In this document: positions 1-8,357 of the stretch, piece after piece
Layout of the letters: every line of letters starts with the position of its first letter
How positions within the stretch are numbered: position 1 is the stretch's first letter
Source of the DNA: Clostridia bacterium
Lineage (GTDB): Bacteria; Bacillota; Clostridia; Christensenellales; SZUA-584
Assembly (NCBI GenBank): GCA_018648645.1
Contig: JABGQS010000003.1
Span: forward strand, 1,791 to 65,790
DNA: 64,000 nt
Direction: 5' to 3'
Notes under the pieces: model-generated
Databases searched by the model: none
What the model was told of the DNA's origin: nothing
The model's input: the letters and a program-made list of their open reading frames with translations, nothing else
Program-made: the position numbers and the translations under genes

Positions 1-546
1 CTCGAATTTTTCAATCATAGCGAGCGACTCGATTTTGTAGCCGCTTTCCCTCAGCTTGTTGCCGCCCTCCTGAAAAACCTTTTCGATAACGATGCCAAAC
101 CCTGCGATTTTTGCGCCTGCCTGAGAAGCGATGTCAATCATCGAGTTGGTCGCGCTCCCCGACGCCAAAAAATCATCAACAATCAAAACGACATCGTCTT
201 CATTCAAATGCATCTTGCTGATTCTCACCTTATATTCTTTGCTTTTTGTGAAGGAATAAACCTGACTTTCAAAAACGTCATCATCAATATTTCTACTTTC
301 GGTTTTCTTTGCAAAAACAACGGGCACCTTAAAATATCGTGCAGTCGCAAAAGCTACACTGATACCGGATGTTTCAACAGTTAGAACCTTCGTTATTTTA
401 TCATCCTTAAATCGCTCATAAAACTCTTTACCAACCTTGTCGATAAACTCGACATCAATTTGGTGGTTTAGAAAAGAGTCGACTTTTAAAATATCGTCGC
501 CAATCACACGACCAACATCTCTGATTTTCTTCTTGAGCAGTTCCAT
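1..546 (-). CDS. xpt: xanthine phosphoribosyltransferase, partial (C-terminus lies beyond window start)
   Basis: Not in the ORF track because it runs off the window. Hand translation of the minus strand from ATG at 546-544 gives MELLKKKIRDVG. In-frame boxes GDDILKVDSFLNHQIDV and the PRPP-binding motif HLNEDDVVLIVDDFLASGSA (210-152) are colinear with Bacillus Xpt. Confidence 0.9.
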   Translation of the reverse strand, partial: MELLKKKIRDVGRVIGDDILKVDSFLNHQIDVEFIDKVGKEFYERFKDDKITKVLTVETSGISVAFATARYFKVPVVFAKKTESRNIDDDVFESQVYSFTKSKEYKVRISKMHLNEDDVVLIVDDFLASGSATNSMIDIASQAGAKIAGFGIVIEKVFQEGGNKLRESGYKIESLAMIEKFE

Positions 547-623
547 TTGTAATCCTTTCCGAAAGCAAAATTTAACTATAATATTGAATTAATTATACCA
601 CATGTCCCGCGTGGAGTATAACC

Positions 624-1817
624 TTAATTTTCTTGTGCAACGCGCTTTGTCTTAATCGCCAGCAAATATGCAGCCAGCATCAGCACGCCGCTGATCGCGC
701 ATAAGTAATACGCAGCCGACTGTGTGCTCGATTCGACAAGCAACCCTGCGATAAACGGCAGCAACGCCGCTCCGCCTCCGCAAAACGCGAAAGTGATGTT
801 GAGCATCGGCGACGTGTACCCTTTGCTTTTCTTGGCGATACGGTCCACAATCAGTGGCCAAATCGGTCCGCACCCAAAGCCACACAATGCGAACATGACG
901 AGTTTCACGGTTGTGTTGGGCGCAAGCATCGCGATGACTATGGATACTATCATGAGCGAAGCCAAGAAAACGAATATCGATTTTGTGTTTTTCATCAACA
1001 CTCCTGCCAAAAATCTTGACGGTACCATCGACAGCCAATACAGCGAGAGCGCAGTTGCGCTAAGCTCCGGCAGCCCAAGAGACAGCTCAAAATAACTGTC
1101 GCTGAAACTCGCAACCGTTGTCTCAATCCCGACGTATAAGAATATGCCTACAATCAACAGCAGTAGCACACGATTCTTAAGCTTCCCCAATACGCTGAAA
1201 GATTTTAGTTTTTCGGTATTGGTATGGTCGTTATAATGCTGCGTGAAAAAGAACAACACAGCCAGCGCCAAAAAGACCATCGCTATATAGAAGTACAAAT
1301 CTTGAAAGTACACACCCTTGCTAACCAGCGCCTGTGCAATAAGCGGACCGCCAAACGCACCGAGGCTAAAGCACACTTGCGAAAAGTTGATGTGTCGCGT
1401 CGATTTGCTGTGATACTCGTCTGCGAGAACGGCAGAAAGCGTTGCTTCGTTTACGGCGTACCCGGCTCCGACTATCAAAATCGAGACCATGTAAAGCACT
1501 ATATTTCGCGAGCTGCCCGCTAAAACCATGCCTCCAATCATCAGCGCGTACGAAATAAGTACCGTCTTTTTTTTGCCTATCTTGCCGCTGAGAACCCCCA
1601 GCGAAAACGGCGAAATCGCCATCCCTATGCTTTGCATCGCTATAAGCAGCCCCAGCATCACAGAGTTAAGTGCAAATATCTGCGTTACGCTAAGCACAGT
1701 ATACTGAAAAAACGAAAGGTATATACCAAGCATAAGCAAAGTGACATAGCTTACCGCAATCACCAGAACTTTATTTTTTGCTGTGCCGTTGCTTGATGTT
1801 TCGAGAGATTCGTGCAT
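624..1817 (-). CDS. MFS transporter
   Basis: Track ORF 624-1916, trimmed to ATG 1817 (MHESLETSS...), which has AGGAG 5 nt upstream on the minus strand. About 12 hydrophobic segments. MFS motif-A-like loop LGVLSGKIGKKKT. Confidence 0.8.
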   Translation of the reverse strand: MHESLETSSNGTAKNKVLVIAVSYVTLLMLGIYLSFFQYTVLSVTQIFALNSVMLGLLIAMQSIGMAISPFSLGVLSGKIGKKKTVLISYALMIGGMVLAGSSRNIVLYMVSILIVGAGYAVNEATLSAVLADEYHSKSTRHINFSQVCFSLGAFGGPLIAQALVSKGVYFQDLYFYIAMVFLALAVLFFFTQHYNDHTNTEKLKSFSVLGKLKNRVLLLLIVGIFLYVGIETTVASFSDSYFELSLGLPELSATALSLYWLSMVPSRFLAGVLMKNTKSIFVFLASLMIVSIVIAMLAPNTTVKLVMFALCGFGCGPIWPLIVDRIAKKSKGYTSPMLNITFAFCGGGAALLPFIAGLLVESSTQSAAYYLCAISGVLMLAAYLLAIKTKRVAQEN

Positions 1818-1964
1818 GGACGCTCCTTTTTTGATATCGCGATACAGTATTTCAAGTATATGTCCAGCCCTATGCTTTGTCAAACAATTTTTCACACTGA
1901 AAGAAAAGCAAAACATATTGAAAATTTCATAGAATATTCTGCAGAATTATCGTATACTGGATGT

Positions 1965-3593
1965 ATGGATAAGTATTTTTATATGCAGGTTGACAATGAG
2001 TACGAGAAACACGCGCTCAAAGAGGGCATGACTTTTTTGGATGTCAAAAAGGCTGTCGGTAACACAGAAGCAATTTGTACGCTGCGCAACAAAGAGCTCG
2101 AGCCGCTTGGTAAAACGATCAACCACGGTGACCGCATTCGTCTTCTTGCCAGCACGCACAGCGAGAGCGCATCAAGAGTGTTTTTGAGAGGCGCAACTTT
2201 TTTGCTGCACGTTGCTGCGTGCAGGATGGGTCTTCCGTTTCGTGTAGAGCACGTGCTGCACGGCGGTATATACTGCAGAATGAACGACGTCACGCAAGCG
2301 CAAATCGTTAAGTTGCAAGCAATAATCGATGCATTCATCAAGGAGGATGATGAGTTCACATTCACAATGGTCGACATAGATCGCGCAAAACTTTTGCTCC
2401 GCAAAGAGAACATGACGCAGCAGGTGCGACTGCTTAAATTTCGTCCATTCGATTATTTCCGCCTGTACTGGTTCAAAAACCATAGCTGCTATTTCCACGG
2501 AATCATGCCGCCTAGCGCAAGCTATCTAAAAGGCGCGCGACTTGTAAAATACGCTGACGGGTTTATAATGAAAATACCCACACCATACAAAGCGGGGCAC
2601 AGGAATATCGAGGACCAGCAAAAATACTCCAGCGTGTTCCGCGCAGCTGAAAGATGGGCAGAGCAGACAAAAAGCGCGTACATCGCCGATCTTAACGAGC
2701 GCTATCTGGCGGGCGATATCAAAGAGTTGATTGCTGCAAACGAGAAGCTGCACGAGGAGCGTATTGAGCAAATTGCGCAGGAAATCGCAGACCACGATAG
2801 AATACGCGTCGTTCTTATCGCGGGTCCGTCGTCGTCCGGGAAAACCACGTTTGCAGGACGGCTCGAGAAGCAATTGCACGCAAAGGGCAAAAAATCCTAC
2901 GCGATTTCGGTGGACAACTATTATCGCGACAGGAGCGATATTGAGAGAGACGAGCACGGCAACGTTGATTTAGAGAGCATCAACGCGCTGGACGTCAAAA
3001 AGCTCGGTGAAGACCTAACCACGCTGCTTAGCGGCAGAACAGCCAAAACGCCGCTGTTCGACTTTGGTACTAATAAACGAATAAAGGAAACTCTGGACGT
3101 CAGAATTACTGATGAGCTTATCATAATCGAGGGCATCCACGGACTAAATGACGCGCTTACCGCACACGTCGACGAGAACATCAAATTCAAGATATTTATA
3201 TCACCGCTTACCGCACTCAACTTTGACAAGCGCAGCGTCGTACTACCGGAGGATTTGAGACTGCTGCGACGCCTTGCCCGAGACAAACGTACAAGAGGCG
3301 CTTCGTTTACCGAAACGTTCGACATGTGGCACAGCGTGCGCGACGGCGAGTACAAATACATACTGCCATATCAGGAAACCGCACATGTGATGTTCAACTC
3401 GACGCTGATTTACGAACCGCTGGTGCTAAAGAAATACTGCTATGAGGACTTACAGCAGATTCCGCCAACTGAAAAGAGCTACATTCAAGCACAGAGCATG
3501 CTGAAGTTCCTGAATTACTTCCTTGATTTGGATGATGAGAGCGCTATACCAAAGCACAGCCTGCTGCGAGAGTTCATCGGTCATATCGAGTAA
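1965..3593 (+). CDS. uridine kinase-family nucleoside kinase with N-terminal TGS/ThrRS-like region
   Basis: Track ORF 1812-3593, trimmed to ATG 1965 (MDKYFYMQVD) because the upstream part overlaps the divergent MFS start. P-loop IAGPSSSGKTTFAGRL. Udk-like IIIEGIHGLND and LRRLARDKRTRG boxes. The start codon is uncertain because there is no strong SD. Confidence 0.7.
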   Translation: MDKYFYMQVDNEYEKHALKEGMTFLDVKKAVGNTEAICTLRNKELEPLGKTINHGDRIRLLASTHSESASRVFLRGATFLLHVAACRMGLPFRVEHVLHGGIYCRMNDVTQAQIVKLQAIIDAFIKEDDEFTFTMVDIDRAKLLLRKENMTQQVRLLKFRPFDYFRLYWFKNHSCYFHGIMPPSASYLKGARLVKYADGFIMKIPTPYKAGHRNIEDQQKYSSVFRAAERWAEQTKSAYIADLNERYLAGDIKELIAANEKLHEERIEQIAQEIADHDRIRVVLIAGPSSSGKTTFAGRLEKQLHAKGKKSYAISVDNYYRDRSDIERDEHGNVDLESINALDVKKLGEDLTTLLSGRTAKTPLFDFGTNKRIKETLDVRITDELIIIEGIHGLNDALTAHVDENIKFKIFISPLTALNFDKRSVVLPEDLRLLRRLARDKRTRGASFTETFDMWHSVRDGEYKYILPYQETAHVMFNSTLIYEPLVLKKYCYEDLQQIPPTEKSYIQAQSMLKFLNYFLDLDDESAIPKHSLLREFIGHIE

Positions 3594-3679
3594 AGTTCGG
3601 GCACGGCGCCATTAAAGGGTTTTGCGACGCAAATATTGAACTACTTACAATACAATGCGAAATAAACAGGAGGCATTAT

Positions 3680-4306
3680 ATGAAGACAGTGCTATGTTAC
3701 GGCGATTCGAATACATGGGGATACCGCGCGGACAACGCCGAGCGCTTTGATCGCGACGTTCGCTGGACCGGCGTAATGAGCGTGATTCTGGGCGACGGGT
3801 TTGCTGTAATCGAAGAGGGGCTAAATGGGCGCACGACGGTATTTGACGACCCGATAGAAGGTCACAAAAACGGCGAAACGTACTTGACGCCGTGCCTTGA
3901 CACGCACGCGCCTATCGACCTCGTTGTTATCATGCTTGGAACGAACGACTTAAAAATACGTTTTTCTTTGTGCGCATATGATATTGCAGGTGGCATGGAA
4001 AAGCTGATCCGCATCATCAAAGCGAGCGAATCGGGCATCGGTCACGCACCGCCCAAAATACTTTTGATGAGCCCCGCGCCTGTCGGCAAACTGACTGATT
4101 TTGCCGAAATGCTTGAGGGTGCAGTTGAAAAGTCACAAGGGCTAAAACGGTACTATCAAGACATAGCGGAGCGATACGAATGCGCGTTTTTTGATATCGG
4201 CTCGGTTGCCAAATCGACAGATATCGACGGCATTCACTTTGACGAAGCGGCTCACAAAGCAATTGGACAAAGCGTTGCAAAAATCGTTCAAGAAGTACTA
4301 AAATAA
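3680..4306 (+). CDS. SGNH/GDSL-family hydrolase (arylesterase-like)
   Basis: Block I CYGDSNTWGY, block III LGTNDL, block V DGIHFDEAAH. AGGAGG precedes the ATG. Confidence 0.8.
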   Translation: MKTVLCYGDSNTWGYRADNAERFDRDVRWTGVMSVILGDGFAVIEEGLNGRTTVFDDPIEGHKNGETYLTPCLDTHAPIDLVVIMLGTNDLKIRFSLCAYDIAGGMEKLIRIIKASESGIGHAPPKILLMSPAPVGKLTDFAEMLEGAVEKSQGLKRYYQDIAERYECAFFDIGSVAKSTDIDGIHFDEAAHKAIGQSVAKIVQEVLK

Positions 4307-4456
4307 TCCGCGCCAAACAAAGTGATTATCCTTATAAAAGGAAAGCCTAATGGCGTATGTACAAAAGCGACAAAATATGGCATAATATATGTAATATCAA
4401 TTGCCAAACTACTATTTGCATAACAACAATGATAAATAATTATTGGAGGTTTAGCT

Positions 4457-5737
4457 ATGGAAAGAAACGATGCCACTAACGGCGAGCAAAATGCGTTTTG
4501 CTGGCAGTGCGGTACGCCACTTGAGGCCGACTCGCAATTCTGTATAAACTGCGGAGCACAGGTGGAGGAGACGCTGAGCGAAACAGCACCCGAACCACCG
4601 GCCGAAGCTGCACCCGAACCACCGGTCGAAACCGAGCCCGAGCCACCGGTCGAAACCGACCCCAAGCCGCAGAGCGAAGCTGCTCCGGTGCCGCCGATTT
4701 ACGCACCGGCTGAATATACACCGGGCAGCGATACTCCCTTTCCCGATGCTCCTGCGCAAGCACAGACGGTGGGATACCGAAATGAGACACCGCCTCAAAA
4801 AACGACTAACGTGTTTGTCGGCGGAGTGCTCGGGCTTGTTGTGTTTGCAGCACTTTTTTGCGTGGTCATAATTGTAGGGTTGTTCTCGCGGAACTTCTTA
4901 TCACCTACCAACTTAAGCAATGTATTTACTCAATTCCTGATGTTCGGCGCACTTGCCTGCGGCGTCGCGATGACGTCAAGAGCCAAAGGTCCCGATTTGT
5001 CTATGGGCGCTGTATTTGCGCTAACGGGAGTAATCATAGCGTCAATTGGAGGTTCGTGGATAATCGGTGTTGCCATAGCGCTGCTGGTGTGTGCTTCAAT
5101 CGGCGCAATCAATGGTGTACTTATTGTGTTCCTCCGCATACCGTCGCTTGTAGCAACAGTTGTTATTGCGGCGATTTTGCGAGGAGTTGTATACGTTATA
5201 ACAAACGGTAGAGAGATTATGATAGGCAGCGAACTCAAAACGTTGGCACGTATCGAAGTTGCCGGTTTGCAAATAGTCCCATTGGCGATTTTCGCGGTCG
5301 CTTTTGTTGCCGCATTGCTTGTCATACTGTTCTCAAGACTTGGAAAGCCGCTGTCAAAGCGAGAGGTGAAGGACAATAGAAGCGCCTCATATTTTGTGGC
5401 ATACTTGTTAAGCTCGATAATTGCATTTCTTGTGGGTGTATATTTTATGTCGAGACTGGGCGCAGCCGTACCAATTGCCGGAATAAGGTATGAAATATTT
5501 ATTCTTCTCTGCTTTGCGGTAATAACGTCCAGCAGATTTCTGGACAACAGAGGGATTCCGGCGGTATTCGCAGCGGCTGTAGCACTCTTTTATGTGCTTC
5601 TGTCAAACGTATTTATGATTATCGGTATAAGTCCACACTGGCTTGCGATAGCATATGCCTGTATCGCACTCGCATTTGTAATCATCTCATACATCGCGCG
5701 GAAAGACTCTCTAAAAGGTCTTGTTCACAGGGTATAG
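4457..5737 (+). CDS. fusion protein: N-terminal zinc ribbon + Pro-rich repeat linker + RbsC/AraH-type (BPD_transp_2-like) ABC permease domain
   Basis: CWQCGTPLEADSQFCINCGA zinc ribbon, then a PEPP(A/V)E repeat. The permease core SPTNLSNVFTQFLMFGALACGVAMTSRAKGPDLSMGAVFALTGVI...INGVLIVFLRIPSLVATVVIAAILRGVVYVITNG is colinear with ribose-type permeases. GGAGG lies upstream. Confidence 0.7.
   Translation: MERNDATNGEQNAFCWQCGTPLEADSQFCINCGAQVEETLSETAPEPPAEAAPEPPVETEPEPPVETDPKPQSEAAPVPPIYAPAEYTPGSDTPFPDAPAQAQTVGYRNETPPQKTTNVFVGGVLGLVVFAALFCVVIIVGLFSRNFLSPTNLSNVFTQFLMFGALACGVAMTSRAKGPDLSMGAVFALTGVIIASIGGSWIIGVAIALLVCASIGAINGVLIVFLRIPSLVATVVIAAILRGVVYVITNGREIMIGSELKTLARIEVAGLQIVPLAIFAVAFVAALLVILFSRLGKPLSKREVKDNRSASYFVAYLLSSIIAFLVGVYFMSRLGAAVPIAGIRYEIFILLCFAVITSSRFLDNRGIPAVFAAAVALFYVLLSNVFMIIGISPHWLAIAYACIALAFVIISYIARKDSLKGLVHRV
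4586..4681 (+). repeat. 24-bp in-frame tandem repeat, about 4 copies with the last degenerate, encoding (A/E)PEPP(A/V)E(A/T)
   Basis: Read directly: gcacccgaaccaccggccgaagct / gcacccgaaccaccggtcgaaacc / gagcccgagccaccggtcgaaacc / gaccccaagccgcagagcgaagct. Confidence 0.9.
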
Positions 5738-5753
5738 AAATTTCACTAAAGCA

Positions 5754-5787
5754 AAGGGACTGCTCAAAACGGGCAGTCCCTTTTTTT
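5754..5787 (+). terminator. rho-independent terminator
   Basis: Stem agggactgc / gcagtccct with loop tcaaaacgg, followed by 7 T. Confidence 0.85.
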
Positions 5788-5903
5788 ATACAAATCAAGA
5801 CGCGTTAGTACCTCTATTAAGCAAATAGAAAATTAAACCTTTTATGGAACAAATAACTTTTATACTGCGTCTAAATAGTATATACTAATACACGAGGTGA
5901 GCT

Positions 5904-7001
5904 ATGAAAAAAATGCTTTATATTTTGTTTGCTGTTGCGTTTCTTGCTGCATGTGCAGGATGTATTCAGACAATTGAATCGAGCACTACACAAACTAATC
6001 CGGCACAGACAGATAGCGCTCAACCTTCGCCATCGCCCACGTGTGAAGAATTAACTACGGTGGTCTGGATGGCAGACTGGGCGCCTTTCGAATCATTGAC
6101 CGATATAGTTGAGGTTAGCAAGACAATTATCGTTGGCAAAGTAACGGCTGTCTTACCTGCCGTGCGAATCGACAAGATTGCATATGGATATTCCACATCT
6201 ACAGATCCCGAAGCGCAGGACTGGTCTAATGTAACACGCAACGAAGTAGAAGTGTTGCAGTCATTAAAGGGCGAGCTTCAGATAGGAGAACAAATCAATG
6301 TAGACCAAAATGGTGGATTAGCAGAGTGCATCAATGAGTATGGCGAGAACATGCCTTTTCTTAAAGAGGGGTCGATATATATACTCTTCCTTTCCGAACT
6401 GCCAACAGCAAAAGGCACGCCGTATTTTGAGTATAAGGTAGGGGCTTTCGATTCATTAGCCGAAGTCATTGAAGGCAAGGTTCAGCAGCACGAGTATAGT
6501 GAAATTTTTGAAGAAAATATGCCACTAGAGAATGCAGTAGAAGTAATCAACAGCGCAATTGATTCCGTGAAACTCATGGACGAAGAGGAAGCGTCGCGAA
6601 AGGCAGCACTTACCGATTTGACGGCGGCGCAGGGAGCCCAAACCGTAAGCGAATACTTCGCAAATGACCCCCACCAGTCACCGGTACGTGATCTCACAGA
6701 TGAAGAGATGCAGGCGGTCTACGATTTTGAAAACGACATTCGGATATTGGCGGTGTCCGGCAAGCTGCTCGAGAACGGCGATCGCCTCATTTGGATCAAA
6801 ACGCAAGAGTTGACTCGACAGCAGTGCGAAGAACTCGAAAGCGCTCTCATCCCTGCCGCAGCGCAGGCCGCAGCAGCACTCGACTGGGGACACCAGGTTA
6901 AAGTCACGCCTTTTCACAGCATGATTGTCATCGCACGCGGCGAAGACAGGGCAACGATATTGGAAAAATTTCGGAGGGCTTTGGTCGAAATACAGGAATA
7001 G
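5904..7001 (+). CDS. putative lipoprotein, unknown function
   Basis: Signal peptide MKKMLYILFAVAFLAAC with lipobox L-A-A-C. GAGGTGAG lies upstream. No recognisable catalytic motif. Confidence 0.6.
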   Translation: MKKMLYILFAVAFLAACAGCIQTIESSTTQTNPAQTDSAQPSPSPTCEELTTVVWMADWAPFESLTDIVEVSKTIIVGKVTAVLPAVRIDKIAYGYSTSTDPEAQDWSNVTRNEVEVLQSLKGELQIGEQINVDQNGGLAECINEYGENMPFLKEGSIYILFLSELPTAKGTPYFEYKVGAFDSLAEVIEGKVQQHEYSEIFEENMPLENAVEVINSAIDSVKLMDEEEASRKAALTDLTAAQGAQTVSEYFANDPHQSPVRDLTDEEMQAVYDFENDIRILAVSGKLLENGDRLIWIKTQELTRQQCEELESALIPAAAQAAAALDWGHQVKVTPFHSMIVIARGEDRATILEKFRRALVEIQE

Positions 7002-7060
7002 CGGTAGTCACCAGCTACGCAAAGTCATTCTGAACGTAGCGAAAAATCTCAAGCAAAATA

Positions 7061-7096
7061 AAAAAGATAGTAGACTTTTTGTGTCTACGATCTCTA
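7061..7096 (-). terminator. rho-independent terminator downstream of the U32 gene
   Basis: Stem agatagtagac / gtctacgatct with one mismatch. On the minus strand it is followed by ttttttatttt (complement of 7054-7064). Confidence 0.6.
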
Positions 7097-7127
7097 TATC
7101 ACTTCACGATGTGAGCCTTTTTTATCT

Positions 7128-8357
7128 CTACAACTCCCGTTTCTTCCGCACCATATCACCTTTCCGCAAATCAAACGGACAGCTTATCAACACAATCTCC
7201 TGCGCGTGCGGAGCGCTCTGCCTGCTCTCGCCCTTTTCAGAAATAATATCAGTAACTTCGAACAACCCGGACACATTAGGCGAGAGCACATCCAGCGTCT
7301 CGCCAACGCTAAACTTTCCTCGCTGTTCAATCAGCAGCCTACCGTTCTCGTCCTTTTCGCCACGCACAACACCAACAAAATCGAACGTGCGCTGCGGCAC
7401 ATCGCGCACCGTGTCCTGTCCGTCCTCGCGCGGATTGCCGTAATAAAATCCTGTAGTAAACGCACGGCTGCCTGCTTTGCCGATTTCCGCAAGCAGCGTT
7501 TCGTCAAACGGTTTGCCACTTTGATAATCGTCAATCGCGTGCCTGTAAGCGTTCACGATACACCCGACATAATACGCCGACTTCATGCGCCCTTCGATTT
7601 TCAGCGACGTAATGCCCGCATCTATGATGTCGCCAACATGCGGCAGCATCATGAGGTCTTTGCTGTTGAAAACATACGTGCCGCGCTCGTCCGCATACAC
7701 GGGGAAATATTCGCCGCCATAACCTTTTTCGTGCAGGTGATACTCCCATCGGCAAGGCTGGGCACACGCGCCTTGGTTGCCGCCTCTGCCCGTGAAATAG
7801 TTGCTAAGCAGACACCGACCCGAATACGATATGCACATCGCACCGTGCACAAAGCCCTCAAGCTCCAATGTCTCCGGCACTTGCTTGCGCATAGTGGCGA
7901 TCTCATCAAGCGTCAGCTCGCGCGAAAGAATCACGCGCTCTACGCCTTGCTCGTGCCAAAATCGCGCACTGTACAGATTTGTTGTGTTTGCTTGTGTGCT
8001 AAGATGGATGGGAACATCCGGCGCCGCCCGTTTTGCAACAGCGATAACGCCGGGGTCAGATATGATGAACGCGTCAACGTTCGCGTCTGCCAATGCCGCA
8101 ACGTACTCTTCGAGTCCCACAAAATCGCACTCGTGAAAAATTGCGTTCAGTGTTATATATATTTTGCTGCCGTGGCTGTGCACAAACTTTGCCGCGTCCG
8201 CAATCTCATCGTTCGAAAAGTTGTCGGCGAACGCGCGCAGTCCGTACGTTTTGCCCGACGCATACACAGCATCCGCGCCAAAATAAATGGCGGCTTCAAG
8301 GCTTTCCCTGCCACCCGCAGGCGCAAGCAGTTCAATTTTCTTAGTCATATCTACCAA
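7128..8357 (-). CDS. U32-family peptidase-like protein (YrrO/TrhP-like)
   Basis: 409 aa. N-terminus ELLAPAGGRESLEAAIYFGADAVY and the E.RMK box (IEGRMKSAYY) are typical of U32. It sits immediately downstream of mltG, as yrrN/yrrO do in Bacillus. Confidence 0.8.
   Translation of the reverse strand: MVDMTKKIELLAPAGGRESLEAAIYFGADAVYASGKTYGLRAFADNFSNDEIADAAKFVHSHGSKIYITLNAIFHECDFVGLEEYVAALADANVDAFIISDPGVIAVAKRAAPDVPIHLSTQANTTNLYSARFWHEQGVERVILSRELTLDEIATMRKQVPETLELEGFVHGAMCISYSGRCLLSNYFTGRGGNQGACAQPCRWEYHLHEKGYGGEYFPVYADERGTYVFNSKDLMMLPHVGDIIDAGITSLKIEGRMKSAYYVGCIVNAYRHAIDDYQSGKPFDETLLAEIGKAGSRAFTTGFYYGNPREDGQDTVRDVPQRTFDFVGVVRGEKDENGRLLIEQRGKFSVGETLDVLSPNVSGLFEVTDIISEKGESRQSAPHAQEIVLISCPFDLRKGDMVRKKREL

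Noticed and set aside
586-640. Purine-riboswitch-like string cgcgtggagtata near xpt
   Set aside because: It lies on the wrong strand relative to xpt and falls at the 3' end and stop region of the MFS gene. The minus-strand xpt leader downstream of its TGgTATAAT promoter is only about 35 nt, too short for a purine aptamer, and the other conserved cores are absent.
1812-1964. Longer start for the uridine-kinase-like gene
   Set aside because: The extension overlaps the divergent MFS gene start and its SD. Homology-like sequence begins near MDKYFYMQVD.
4288-4665. 125-aa minus-strand ORF with a GGSG(S/A)VSTGGSG repeat
   Set aside because: It is the reverse complement of the PEPPxE coding repeat in the supported plus-strand gene. 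It has no SD and overlaps the zinc-ribbon coding region.
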